Source: Octopus bimaculoides (taxonomy: Eukaryota). Taken from it: a stretch of 63,672 bases of DNA. The notes below the pieces were generated by a model. It saw only the letters and a list, made by a program, of their open reading frames with translations. It had not been told where the DNA came from and searched no databases. The DNA is taken from positions 8,405,743 through 8,469,414 of the forward strand of contig NC_068992.1 of the NCBI RefSeq assembly GCF_001194135.2. Direction: 5' to 3'. Both the position numbers and the translations under genes were made by a program. Below, piece after piece: positions 50,216 to 63,672 of this stretch. Every line of letters begins with the position of its first letter. The first letter of the stretch is position 1.

Positions 50216-52682
50216 TAGTTTAGTGATTTTGATATAATCCCCAATTTGGATTTTATTATTGATGTCGTTTGGTAATTTTTTTTTTTTAATACAACAATGT
50301 AAAATATTTTCCATATGTCTAATCTGATTATTTTTTCCCTTCAATATGTGCAAAATAAAGTNNNNNNNNNNNNNNNNNNNNNNNNNNNNNNNNNNNNNNN
50401 NNNNNNNNNNNNNNNNNNNNNNNNNNNNNNNNNNNNNNNNNNNNNNNNNNNNNNNNNNNNNNNNNNNNNNNNNNNNNNNNNNNNNNNNNNNNNNNNNNNN
50501 NNNNNNNNNNNNNNNNNNNNNNNNNNNNNNNNNNNNNNNNNNNNNNNNNNNNNNNNNNNNNNNNNNNNNNNNNNNNNNNNNNNNNNNNNNNNNNNNNNNN
50601 NNNNNNNNNNNNNNNNNNNNNNNNNNNNNNNNNNNNNNNNNNNNNNNNNNNNNNNNNNNNNNNNNNNNNNNNNNNNNNNNNNNNNNNNNNNNNNNNNNNN
50701 NNNNNNNNNNNNNNNNNNNNNNNNNNNNNNNNNNNNNNNNNNNNNNNNNNNNNNNNNNNNNNNNNNNNNNNNNNNNNNNNNNNNNNNNNNNNNNNNNNNN
50801 NNNNNNNNNNNNNNNNNNNNNNNNNNNCAAAGCTCCAATGATATGATAAAGCTTGAATTTTGTGATTGAGAAGAGTGTCCATATATTTGATGTTCTGAAA
50901 GCAAGTCCATTCAAAATTGATATTTTGGAAGATGTAAAATACAACCTGCTGAAGAAAGTCTACACTCTTGCAATTAACCATTTATTATTTATTCTTTGTG
51001 GAAAATGAACTCTGAGTGAAAACTAAAAAAAAAAAAATGGAGAAAACTTTGTATGAACTCAAATATAAAAACTGCATCTTCCTCTTTTGAAGGTCAAATC
51101 TGAAGAGAAAAAAGAATTTTTGCTTTATGTTCATGCAAATATAGTATTGTTTCTATCTTCTTTGCTTTTGAAATAAATTGATAAATGAAATGCAAATGTA
51201 ACTCATAGATTTGTGAGCACCTCAGGAAATGTGTGTGTGTATGTGTGTGTGAGATCTTCCTTAATGGAGCAAGCAGACCAGAAGTTCAGCATAATGGCAT
51301 GTGGTGTTTGCTACGTGTCTCATCTGTTGATACTGGAGCAGGTCGTGCTCATCCAAAAGTAAACTTTAACACACAATTTTATAAAACGTTGAATATTATA
51401 TATTTATAATTGTACAACAGATACTATGTTTGAGAGTCAAAGTTGGTCAAGATATTTAGAAATGTTCCAATGTTGAACTGCCAACGTCTTATTGATTTTT
51501 GTCGTTGAATTTTAGATTGCCAAATTTATTCCTTGTTTGAAAATAAAAAACAAAATGAAATATTAAAATAAACAAGAAGCTGTGTCTAGGTTGATAATAT
51601 TGTTGTCACAAATCTTTTGGAATTATGAAATACTAGTTGTAGAGGCACAAGACCTAGGAATAACTGACAAGGAGAGATGTAAGTTTATGTAGTATTTATA
51701 CTTTAATATAAGGCATTAGCAATATAAGTGAGATGAAATAAATAAAAGAAATCAAACTGTGTTGCAGACTTGTCGTATGTGAAGTCTATGATGCCCTTTG
51801 CCTCAATGTCCATTAAGCCTTAAAGAGATCATAAACCATAATCTAAATTTCATTGTGTCCAGTAGAAAAATAATAAATTCCAATCTTAGAATGCCAGTTT
51901 TTTTCAGGTGACATCCCTAGAGCTGGTACCCATTCCTGTGACAACTATGTGAAACAGAGGCTTGTGAATCAATGAAAATACAAAATAAAAATACCCAGGC
52001 TATATTTGGACTAAAGATACATACATATATATATATATCTAAGGCAGTGCTCCAGCATGGCCACAGTCAAATGACTGAAACAAGTAAAAGAATTATATAT
52101 ATAATGTATGTAAGTTGATCCTTAATTCCCTTGTTCACTCAATTATTTGAACTCTACTCACATGAAAATGATACATTAGCTTCTTAAGAAAATTAGTTCT
52201 TGCTTATCACATAAAACCTTTAATTAAACACTTAACCCTTTGCTTATAACATAACTAAACACATAAGAAACCACAACCCAATAAAGAAGCTTCTCAATGG
52301 CTTTTCATTTTTGTTAGAAATAGCAACCAAATTTCACTCAAACCACATCCTACTGTCTTACAAAAAAAAAATGGATTGGCAAAGTCATTAGAGCATTGAT
52401 TGAAATGCCTTGTAGTGCTTATTCTGGCTCCCTGTGATCTGGGTTCAAATCCTACCAAATTCAACTTTGCCTTTTCCTTAATTCAGAGGCAGTACAATAA
52501 TATAACAATTCAAGGTAATGACTTTCTGGAATCGATTGAACATGAAACAGAACACTTTGCATTCTGAGTTCTTGGGAAGAACATTTAATCATCCCTCAGT
52601 TGTTTAACACCAGTACCTAATACTCAGGTGCCTTTAACAGAGTTCACTCTATTGCAAGCATTTGGACTAAGGGCTCCAGTTT

Positions 52683-52950
52683 GAAGTGTATGGCCTAGTG
52701 GTCAGGATATTTCGCTCATGATCACAAGATCATGGTTTTGATTCCTGAAGTGGACAGTGTATTGTGTTCTTGAGCAAACACTTCATTGCATGTTGCTCCA
52801 GTCCGCTCAGCTATAAACGAGTTCCAACAACAGCTGGCAAGTAAACCCTGTGACAGACTGATGTCCTGTTCAAGGGTGAGTGTTGTAATGTCAGTCACTT
52901 AAACGTCATGGAAACCAAGTTAAGCTCCAGCCTTATGAGTCCTAGAGCTC
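52683..52950 (+). mobile_element. tRNA-derived SINE (family C) with a V-domain-like segment
   Basis: TGGCCTAGTGG A box, degenerate B box, aaccctgtgacagactgatgtcctgttcaaggg; related pieces near 22170-22285 (+) and 56310-56470 (-). Confidence 0.55.
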
Positions 52951-54304
52951 ACATAAAAGAAAGACACTGAAACCACCATTCAGTTGAACACCATCACCTC
53001 ATGCTGCAAGCATTCAGACCAGGGGTCAAGTTTGAGGATAACTCCTTCCCTCCCTTCAGTCTCTGAGGCCCTAAAAATATACATATAATGAATCATGAAC
53101 ACTGCCCTTCCTTCTCAAAAAGGTTGGTCATTGGTAATAAAAACGTTGGTCATTTCTGGAGTGTCTTTGATAATGGATCTGCTCAATTAGAACTGACCTA
53201 AGGCTGTACAGTAACAGCAAATTACGAAACTGCGCACACATGCACAAACATGCACACAGTTTCTATTTGTTTTGTTTTTGTTTGTTTTTTTTTGTTTGTT
53301 TTAGAAAACAATGTAATTACTTAAATATTATCCCAGCTTCTGTTATATAACAACAGGAATTAATCAATTAGGTTCACCACATTGCTCTCAACAAAAGCTT
53401 GCTTTTTTTATTATAGTTCACAGCTTCCTTCATATATGTCGAACCTTTAATCAATTAGGTCTGGCTAATATGTTACAGTAATCAAAGCCTGCACCCATCA
53501 AAGAATATTATTATTTTCTTACCTTGTTAGATATTAAAAAAATATATATAAAAAAAAAAAGAACAAAAAAAAAAGCATTCAGTCTGTCCTTTGACAATTG
53601 CCCATTCTGTTAGGCCTGGCCTTGCTTTCCTGTTAACAATGCTATAAATGGAATGTTGCTACTTTCACAGCTTTTGTTCTGGAAAAATCTTTAGATAATC
53701 ACTTAGATAATCAAATTATATAATCACTAGAATTTGAAGAGACTAATGACGGCCTGTGTCAGCAAGACTGTATTAAGTAAAAAGCATAAACCAAGGTTAT
53801 GTTAACAAGCCATGAAGAGAAGAGACATCTTTAAAATGTTTGGGATATAGACCTTCATTAGCTAAGTTTCACTGGGTTGGGCTAGGCTGGGCCCTCAACC
53901 ACAAACAAAGTTCTCAATGGATTCCTATTTTCACAACTTCACTTGTATGGAAAATAAATGTATAATTTGTTGTACAATGGAACTTGAAGTCCTTTAGACC
54001 AAGCTGTGTTTCCCACCCTAGACAATGTTCTCAAAGGAATCTTAATATTCTCACAGCTTCAGTTGTATGCCAAACATTTATAATCAATTAGATGTGGCTG
54101 TGTTCTCTCTCATTAACAATACCATTGATTGATTCTTATTACTTCTTATTGATCATTGATTAATCTTGGTTAATTAAACAAAAGGTTAAATACACAAAAA
54201 TATATAAAATCCATGACATTTTTCATAATAAATTTCTGTTAAAAACAAATGACATTTTTGTATGTTATTACTTTGCTGGCAAAGATTTGTGGAATACAGC
54301 CAGA

Positions 54305-54345
<41 letters not shown>

Positions 54346-54579
54346 GCATCAATGAGTACTGGTGAGGTGCTAGATGCATTCAACTTTGCTCTCCCCCCAC
54401 AAATTTGTGTTCGTGTCCATCAGAGGAGTCATTATAATCATGTTGATTCTGAAATTAATTTATTCCTTTTTACATTTGTCCTTTTATGTTTTTAATTGTC
54501 TTCCTCATTGGACAGTAGCTCTTCTGAACATACATACATATGTCTACTGTGGACTATTTTAAACTGGTGATTACCTGTG

Positions 54580-54611
<32 letters not shown>

Positions 54612-56799
54612 TGCGTGCGTGTGTCACATCCTATAACTGTCTGTTTCTCTATTTTTGTAGGGTCTTCACTGTTGCTGTCACATATTTTGAAATTTTAAAA
54701 TTACATCAAAATTTTCAAATTTGGTATATTGAAATAACTTTCCATGTTAAATCAGGTTTTGTTATTTATTTGTTCCAGAAAAATTGCAGAAAAATGTTAC
54801 TGGGATTTAAGGTTTAATAAATTTTACCTAATCAGAAAACAGGATTTGGAAGCTGGCATTTCCTGCATGATAATTGTCTATCACAAAATCAAAACAAAAT
54901 TTTTATTAAGCAAATGAAAGTAAAGCATTAAGACAACCAAAGTTGTAAGAACTTCTGAAGTTTTAATAAGTTTTAATGAACAAAGTCATGTGAAACAGTC
55001 AAAGAGACATGTAAATAATTTAAAAAAGAAAATAATCATCAATGAAGTTTTTTGGCGAAAAGTTGCACAAATTTGTTCTGATCAAGGGGCCTACCTGTCG
55101 GAAAAGGCATGGCCTGGCATGGAATAAACAAAAATTACTCGTCAACAGCTGGCTATTCAGTTAGTGCATATATATATACATACACACACATACATAAATA
55201 AATATAAAGTTAAATTTTCTTAGAAAGTATGTTTTTAAATATACTTCACAATATCTGGGCTTTATTAAGAAGTGCTCACTGCAAGCTAAATCGAAGGATA
55301 AGAGAAATTATAGAAGGAACACATCTGGGTAATCAATAGAAATTCCAAAGCATAATTTAAAGCACACAACAAATAAACATACATATAAGTTTATATAAAT
55401 AAGTGAATAAAATTACATATAAAAGTTATATGTAATAACTATGCATCATGTACATTGGGTTCAGGTACCAAATGGAGAACAAATAGAGAGAGAAAAATTC
55501 GAGGTAAGGGCTTCCAAAAGGAACAATTCCAGTTGATTAAGAATTTGATGTTTATGTCAAAGCTGGATGAAATGTTTTGTGGCATTTCTCATGGCTCTGA
55601 GTCCAAATTCTGCTGAGGATGGTTTACCTGTCATCCTTTCAGCGTGGGGGTAATATAATCAACCAGATATCTCACCACAAAATTTCAGGCCTTGTTCCTG
55701 GAGTAGAAAGATTTATTGTCATTGTCACTAGAATTAGTAAAAAGATAAAAGAGTACAAGATATATAGTGAAAATTTGAACACAAATATCCCTGCCTATTC
55801 ACTCTAGTATTTTGTACTGGATACCAATTGAATATGTGATCGATATCACTTCACAGTAGTAGGAGATATTTCTGACAACATTTTGGCACTGATATCAAAC
55901 GTTGGTTCTGTACAAACTGATTCTATATTCATGTACTGAAAGGGCACACACTGGGTCTTGATAGTTTTATCAAAGAATCTAATTGTTCGTTCTTGAGAAG
56001 TATCTGCAACAGAACAGAAACAAATAACTTTTATAAGAAATTGAATTGAGAGAAGAAATGATAATGAAACTCAGATGTTCCAAAAGAAAAACTAGAGAAG
56101 ATAGTGGGGAAAGTACATTAAAGTACATTCAATTAAAGAATGATAGATGGGTGATGAAAACTGTTCTTCATCCTTTGATATGGTTGAACAACTAATCCCA
56201 GACAGTCAGGATTCACAGAACAGGTTGTACTATTCATCCTTTTGATCACTGAATACAAAATGTGACTTGCAAGACCTCCATTCAGCTGATTTTCCTAGGT
56301 CACCATCTTGCCCTTATATGCTAATCCATCACAAATTTAGCCATTTACAGCTGAGTGAACTGGAGCAACATGAAATGAAGTGGTTTACTCAAGAACACAA
56401 TGTACAGCTGATCACGTGATTGAAACCATGATCTCACAATTGTGAGTACGACACCCTAACCACGAGGCTCTAAATGTTTTGTAGACCTTTTGTATGGACA
56501 CATTTTGCATTGTATATATGAGCCCTTGTGACCAATCAAGAAAGAATTATTATTAATAAAGCTATTCTGTTGAATTGATAGTGTCTCATGCAAGATGTGG
56601 GCTATTATTATCATTATCATTATTATTACTAATAAGGCATCAAGCTGGTAGAATCATTAGCTTGTCAGACAAACCCATAAGAAAGTGATTCGTTGTGTTT
56701 TATCATGGCAAAAATTTCTCACTGTAGAAACACCAAAATCCTGTATTTATACCATTTGTCTACAGTGATGGTGCAGCTCATGGTATCAGATCGCATTGG

Positions 56800-58030
56800 T
56801 GATGGTGGTGGTGGTGGTTGTGATATCGTGATGGTAGTGGTGGTGATAGTAGATGGTGGTGGTAGTAGATGGTATTGGTGGTAGTANNNNNNNNNNNNNN
56901 NNNNNNNNNNNNNNNNNNNNNNNNNNNNNNNNNNNNNNNNNNNNNNNNNNNNNNNNNNNNNNNNNNNNNNNNNNNNNNNNNNNNNNNNNNNNNNNNNNNN
57001 NNNNNNNNNNNNNNNNNNNNNNNNNNNNNNNNNNNNNNNNNNNNNNNNNNNNNNNCGCTCTTCCGATCTATGGAGGTATTGGTGGTGGTGGTGGTGGTTG
57101 TGATATTGTGATGGTAGTGGTGGTGATAGTAGATGGTGGTGGTAGTAGATGGTATTGGTGGTAGTAGATGGTATTGGTGGTAGTGGTGGTGGTGGTGGTG
57201 GTGGTGGTAGTAGGTGGTATTAGTGATGGTGGTGGTAGTAGTGATGATGGTTATGGTGATGGTGATGATACTGGTGGTATTAGGTGGTGGTGGTGGTGAT
57301 GGCCCATCACTAAGCCACAAACCACTGCAAATACAGTGGTGCAGATTGTAATGCAGCACTACGCAACCACTAGCTGCAACAGTGTGTAGTAACAGCAGTT
57401 TCTATCGTGTAATCCACCAACAGCACAACTACCACCATCACACTAGTACACACTAACACCACCACACTATTACTATCAAATTTCTACCACTACTACAATC
57501 ATCACCACCACCACCATACTTCCAGCACTAACCTGGTACTAGTACATTCATACTACCACTTATACTACCACCACCACTATTACTGCTACTACACTTTCAC
57601 ACTACCACAACACAACTACTATTATAAAACTACTGCCACTACACACTGACTACTACCACCAACACTACTACTACACCACCACCACTACACACTGACTACC
57701 ACCAGCATAATTACTACTACTACCCCCACAATACTACTACTACTATAGCAGTGTGCTAGCCTGTAGTTAACATTGTACCTCCCATACTACCTATCCACTG
57801 GCTGCATTATTTCACAATGCAGTATATCTTGGAAGAGCAGAGGGTACACCTGCTTCTGATTGTAGTAGTAGTAATAGTAGTAGTAGTCGTGGTGGTGGTG
57901 GTGGTGGTGGTAGTAGTGGTGATGGTAGTAGTAGTAGTAGTGGTGGTGGTGGTGGCGGTGGTAATAGTAGAAGTAGTAGTAGTAGTAGTAGCAGCAGTAG
58001 TAGTAGTAGCAGTAGTAGTAGTAGCGGTGG
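56800..58030. repeat. Trinucleotide low-complexity region: (GGT/GTA)n, then (ACC/ACT)n, then (GTA/GGT)n
   Basis: Direct inspection; includes N gap 56887-57055. Confidence 0.9.
57056..57069 (+). other. Illumina adapter remnant CGCTCTTCCGATCT (assembly artefact)
   Basis: Exact 14-nt match to the 3' end of the TruSeq read-1 primer, immediately after an N gap. Confidence 0.9.
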
Positions 58031-58859
58031 CAGTACTTATAATACCATTACTGCAGTTGAGAACAAATAATAGAACAGTGACACTGCAATACAGTTCAAC
58101 AGTTTGTTGCATCTCTTATGTGCATCTTACACTATGGTGCAACACTAACCCCCAACTGCAAGTGGGTATGTTAAGTTATTACTGATAGAGTAGCCCCCAC
58201 CCCCATCTTGCCAGTAGATGCATTATTATTGCCACTGCAGCTGACTGCATGTGAAACTGATTGAGTAGTACCACTGCAGTGCAGCAGTTAGTTGCATCTG
58301 CTCAGTATCAAATTACTACTACCACTGCATTTTGATTAATTTATTTATTCACAGTAGCATCATAAAAAAGAAGATACACCATGGCATTGCATCTATCCAG
58401 AGATACATCCCTATTAACACTGCAGTTTTGTGCATATAAGCAATGATAAAGTAGCACCTGTAAGTAATCTCATTATATCAGCACTGAGCAAAGGGGATCC
58501 GTTAACGATTAGAGAAGCACTCCTGCTAGCAGGTGCAGTGCTGCGGTTAGTTGAATCAACTCAGTAATGATCAGTAATCCTAGTTTTTGTTGGTTGCACC
58601 TCTGTCACCACCACCACCACATCAAAATGCATATATTAATGTTATAGTGACAGTGTTGCAAAGAGGTGCAGCAAGCACTATAATGAATTTTAAAAATTTG
58701 ACCTGTTGTAGCTAATAGCAGTATAAAACACACAACATGTTGCCGAATGTCAGACAAATGCAGAGAGTGTATGATTAGGGCAGCTGCTATATGTTGAACA
58801 GACACTGTTCTGGATTTGATGAAGGAAGGAAAGTAAGGCAGAGAATAGTCACCATGCTA

Positions 58860-59360
58860 GTTAACCCATAACTGGGACCCTAATAACTGGTAGATCTTAT
58901 CAACTAGCCCTCTCCCCAAAAATTTCAGGCCTTGTGCCTAGAGTAGAAAAGATTATTATTATTATTATTATTATTTACATTCTGAGTTCAAATTCTGCTG
59001 GGGTCGACTTTGCTTTTCATCCTTTCAAGATCAATAAATCAAGTACTAGTCAAATACCGGGGTCAATATAATCGACTAGTCCTCTCCTCCAAAATTTTTG
59101 GCCTTGTGCCTCAGTAGAAAGGATTATTATTATTATTATTATTATCATTATTAAGGCAGCCAACTGGCAGAATCGTTAGCACGCCAGGCAAAATGGTTAG
59201 CGGCAGTTTGTCCATCCTTACACTCTGAGTTCAAATTCCACCAAGGTTAACTTTATCTTTCATCATTTCGGAGTTGAAATAAATATCAGTTGCACACTGG
59301 GGTTGATGTAATCGACTAGCCCCCACCTCCCTGAAAATTCCAGGATTATTATTATTATTA
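58860..59360 (+). mobile_element. Head-to-tail cluster of three SINE family B pieces separated by (ATT)n
   Basis: Repeated aaaatttcaggccttgtgcc...gtagaaa.gattattatt tails. Confidence 0.75.
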
Positions 59361-60027
59361 TCATTATCATTATTATTATGTGGCAGTGGTGGTGGTGGTA
59401 GTGTTGGTGGTGATGGCAGTGGTGGTGGTGGTGGTGATGTTGGCAAATACTGTAATGATAGCAGAGGAATAGTGGTGGAGGTGATGGTTACATTAATGTG
59501 ATGGTGGAGTGGCAACAGTGATTAGTAAGAAAGAGAAATTTGACCTATTAAATAAAAGTACCAATAATACCGATAATATTGTAAGCTTCCCATGCAATCC
59601 AACTCAAACAAAACAACCTTCCTCCAAAACTTCCCTAACCATCCTGCCTTGCACATTCCCCTGCACTCCTCACCAAAACATTGTCATCGTAATCACATGT
59701 AAACATCAAATCATTATTTACAAGTATATAATAATAACAACGGTATCGATCTCCTTTTGTCCATAAATTTATAAAAAAACCTCATAATAAAATCCTCATC
59801 ATCTGCTCCATCTATGTCACTCTGCCGGCTATTGTCTCTGTGTCGAAATAGCTGATAGAATCAATGATAATTCACAGAAAATACAGTGTAGCTGCCACTT
59901 GCTTTTACCAAATAAAAGTACTTCTGACTCTAAATTGATAGTCAAGACATATATTACTTTACTTAAGCAGTACACATATATTTGGAATACCACGAAAACA
60001 AAAGGAATAAAAATAAGAGTTGTTGAT

Positions 60028-60095
60028 TTGGTTTGGTTTGGTTTGGTTTGGTTTGGTTTGGTTTGGTTTGGTATGGTATGGCATTGGTTTTGGTT
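60028..60095. repeat. (TTTGG)n pentanucleotide repeat
   Basis: Direct inspection. Confidence 0.9.
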
Positions 60096-60399
60096 TGGAG
60101 CAGATTATTTCTATATCTATTTTTTTTTTTATTTTGTTAATTTTTAAATGTTGCTTTCTGTAATAACAAATTGCCTGAGATTGTCTTTGATTCAACAATA
60201 CAAAATATTCAATTTCAAAGTGCATGTATGTGTGTATGCACATATGTGTATGAACCTTATATAGATATATGCGTGTGTATGTATACATATGCATGTATGA
60301 ATATCATCGTGTGCATATGTGTGTGTGTGTGCATGAAAATGTGTGTACGTATGTGTATGTGTATATGTTTATTTGTATATATACATTTGTGTATATACT

Positions 60400-60860
60400 G
60401 GCGCAAGCCTAGCTGTGTGGTTATGAATCTCACTTTGCAACCAAGCGGTTTTGGGTTCAATCTCACAGTGCAAAAGCTTGGCCAAGTGTCTTACTATAGC
60501 CCTGGGTCAACCAATGCTTTGACAGTGAATTTGGTAGATGAAAACTGTGTGGAAGCCTGTCACATACATGTGCGTGTGCATCTGTGGGCATGCATGTGTG
60601 TGTGTGTGTGTGTTATGGACACACAAAGAAACCAACCTCAGTTGCCAAGCAGTGGTGAGGAGGCAAACACAAACAAAAATACATACACACACATGATGAG
60701 CTTCCATGCGATTTCTGTCTAAAAAAATTCACTCACAAGGCACTGGTCAACCAATGGCTATAGTACAGGACACTTGGCTAAGGTGCCATGCTGTGGGACT
60801 GAACCCAAAACCATGTTGATTGCAAGGCGAGCTTCATAACAATACAGCCATGCCCCACAC
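60400..60860. mobile_element. Inverted pair of SINE family A copies (+ at about 60400-60565, - at about 60630-60855)
   Basis: Both contain the head and core sequence in opposite orientations. Confidence 0.75.
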
Positions 60861-61884
60861 CAAATAGGCAGTTTTGTACAGCCAAACATCACCCCCAACT
60901 GAATACAGCTGGGTAACATGTGCCATGCATTTGCTGGTTGTTTTATGTGCCAATGTCGTTACGAGAAGACATGAACGCATTCTCAGACACCCCATCTCCC
61001 TCGTGACTCAGAAGAACATGGATGTGACAGCTGGAGACAGAGAGATGGTTGCACCAGTACGTAACTGGTATGCATTACAACTGAAGCACTTTTGCTAAGA
61101 ACACAACTGTCCAGTGAAGGAACAGCAGAACCCATGACCATGTGACCTCGAAACGAACCCAAATTACTAGGTCATGTGTCTTTATACAAGCAATGTTGAT
61201 ATGCCAGTGCCACATGAGGAGCACCCAGCACATTCTGTAAAGTGATTGGCATTAGGATGGGCACCCAGCCATAGAAACCATGCCAAAACAGACAATCAGA
61301 AACTGGACAGCTCCAGTCAAACTGCCCACTCTATGCCAGCAGTTGTTAAACAATGATGATGATGGTGGTGGTGGCAGTGATGATGATGATGATGATATGT
61401 TCATGAAAGAGTTAAGTCCTTGAATAAAAAAAATATACATTGTAGCAGTAATAAATATTTTAACTCCTTAAATCATTTAAAATCTATTTTTCTTCTGGCA
61501 AATTGTGAAAGAAACAAAGAAAAACAATATACATATCAAGGGAAAAGACAGCAAAAATTTTTTTTTTAAATAGGAAAAGAGAGAAAAAAATGAAAATTCT
61601 TTGTTGTGTGACTAAAAATAGACTCCCATTTACAGAATATCACCAGTTTTACAGGCTACTGAAACAGTTAGTAGGTAGTAGTGGTTCCTGATATTTTTAC
61701 AAAAATGTCTTCGAACCATTCCATTCTTACAATAAATAAACAAATCAATAAATAGATAAATAAATAAATAAATAAATGATGGTTATGATTCTAAAATATC
61801 TCAAGAAAGAAAAATATCATTTGTCATTTTTCCCATTAGTTTGGGTAGTGTTTTTTCATATTTTTTGTTTTTCTTTTGGTATAG

Positions 61885-62447
61885 AGAGGCATGGTTGGGT
61901 GGTTAAGAAACTCACTTTGCAACCACATTGTTTCATGTTCAGTCCCACCACCCAGCACTCGGAACAGGTGTCTTCTACTGTAGCTCTGGACCAACCTTCT
62001 GAGTGCGTCTAGTAGACAGAAACTATCTAGAAGCCTTTTATGAATATATATATATATATATATATATATTCTTTTATTCTTTTATTCTTTAACTTGTTTC
62101 AATCATTCGACTGCAGCTATGCTGGTGCATCATCCTGAAGGGTTTTTAGTCGAACAACTCAATCCCAGGACTTATTTTTTTTAAGCATAGTATCTTACTC
62201 TATCAGCCTCTTTTGCCAAACCACTAAGTTACGAGGATGTAAACACACCAACATCAGTTGTCAAGCAGTGATGGGGGGGAGGAGGACAAACACAGACACA
62301 AAGACACATACACAGACTGACAGACAGACAGACAGATAGATAGATACAAAGCTTTGGTCAGCCCAAAGCTATAGTAGAAGACGCTCACCTAAGTTGTCAT
62401 ACAGTGGAACTGAACCCTGAACCATGTGGTTGGGAAGCAAGCTTCTT
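61885..62447. mobile_element. SINE family A copies (+ head at 61885-62037, - copy at 62069-62447)
   Basis: Homology to 5913-6322. Confidence 0.75.
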
Positions 62448-62463
62448 NNNNNNNNNNNNNNNN

Positions 62464-62500
<37 letters not shown>

Positions 62501-63125
62501 CATACGCACTAAACCAATGTTCTTGGAGTATATTTGATATGAAGTACCATTTACCTTTACAATCAATGTTCTTTTTCACCAAAACCATCCACCATTCTTT
62601 CTTGACGACAGGGCTGGAGCAGAGGGATCTGAGGAATTGCTCCAAGCAGGAAGAATCATTATCGGATTGAAACAGCATCTGGTTTTCAATGTAATTCTAT
62701 AAAAGAATTAAAAAGCGGCAAAAATGTAGTTAAACAAACCAATCCTAGTAAAACCACCACCACCACCATCAACACTACTAGCAATACCAGCAGCAGCAGC
62801 AACAACAACACTAGGAAAGTGAGTTTGCGACTCTATTTTGATTTGGTTTCTACAGCTGGATGCCCTTCCTAACACCAACCACTCTTCAGAGTGTACCAGA
62901 TATCTTTTATGTGTCACTGGTGTAGGTGCCTTTTACAGATCAGGTGCCTCTCACACACACACGCACACATACATATGATGGACTTATTTCAGTTTCCATC
63001 ACAGATTTCATTACACAGCCAGAGAGAGAGAGAGAGAGAGAGTGAGATCAGGAATGAAGACAGAAACAGGTGCACTGCCCTGCAAAGGAAATACATGGTT
63101 ACCCAACCTGAGGAAAGTGCAGAAG

Positions 63126-63165
<40 letters not shown>

Positions 63166-63264
63166 GAGACAGAGATGGTGGTAAAGTACCAGGCATATGC
63201 AATGATGCAGTGAGACAGGACATGGATAGAATACACAGGTCAGAAGCTAGCGGAGAGCAATGAT

Positions 63265-63465
63265 ACGATGGGTTACTTTCAGTTTCTGTCTACCAAATCC
63301 ACTCACAAGACTTTGGTTGGCCCAAGGCTGTAGTAGAAGACACTTGACCANNNNNNNNNNTGGTTGGCCCAAGGCTGTAGTAGAAGACACTTGACCAAGG
63401 TGCCATGCAGTGGGACTGAACCTGGAACCATGTGGTTGGGAAGCAAGTTTCCTGCCACACAGCCA
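63265..63465 (-). mobile_element. SINE family A head, partly duplicated across a 10-N gap
   Basis: tggttggcccaaggctgtagtagaagacacttgacca occurs on both sides of the gap. Confidence 0.75.
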
Positions 63466-63672
63466 CTATCGATTACCAAGAGATGGTGCATTGCACTATC
63501 ACTGAGCTTGTGTGTGTGTGTGTGACAGAGAGACAGAGAGGGAGAATAAGCAAGCTAGCAGCTTGGTTTATACCTATGTGGCCTTGCAGGTATGTGTGTA
63601 CCTGCAAGCGTGTTTTCACATGCTGGCTTGCAAGTTAATTCCACCTATTCTAATGCAGCCATATGTACAGAC

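Overview
AT-rich, microsatellite-dense, repeat-dominated eukaryotic DNA with several N gaps. The SINE/MITE repertoire looks like an octopus genome (inference, no search run). Almost every ORF in the supplied track is a microsatellite or gap artefact. One real host gene is present: the 3' two-thirds of an intron-rich, + strand Na+/Ca2+ exchanger (SLC8/NCX family). I reconstructed 12 exons from 7384 to the stop at 43395 with GT-AG junctions and consistent phases. They encode two Calx-beta domains, the alpha-2 repeat ([10 protein letters not shown]...GNITGSNSVNVFLGLG) and the C-terminal TM helices. The N-terminal half is not identifiable here, and one CBD1 exon appears to be missing, probably in an N gap. 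Both Calx-beta domains have lost most acidic Ca2+ ligands. Introns and the downstream region hold tRNA-derived SINEs, MITEs, mariner and Tc1 relics (one with DD36E spacing) and RTE LINE fragments. The most interesting signal is an antisense tRNA-headed retroposon (16899-17213) carrying a minimal hammerhead ribozyme fold. A second copy (34981-35109, 15-bp TSD) stops 1 nt from the predicted self-cleavage site and folds back on itself, and the first copy also folds back at its Pol III start. Together these suggest a ribozyme-processed SINE with self-primed cDNA. An Illumina adapter remnant sits at 57056-57069.
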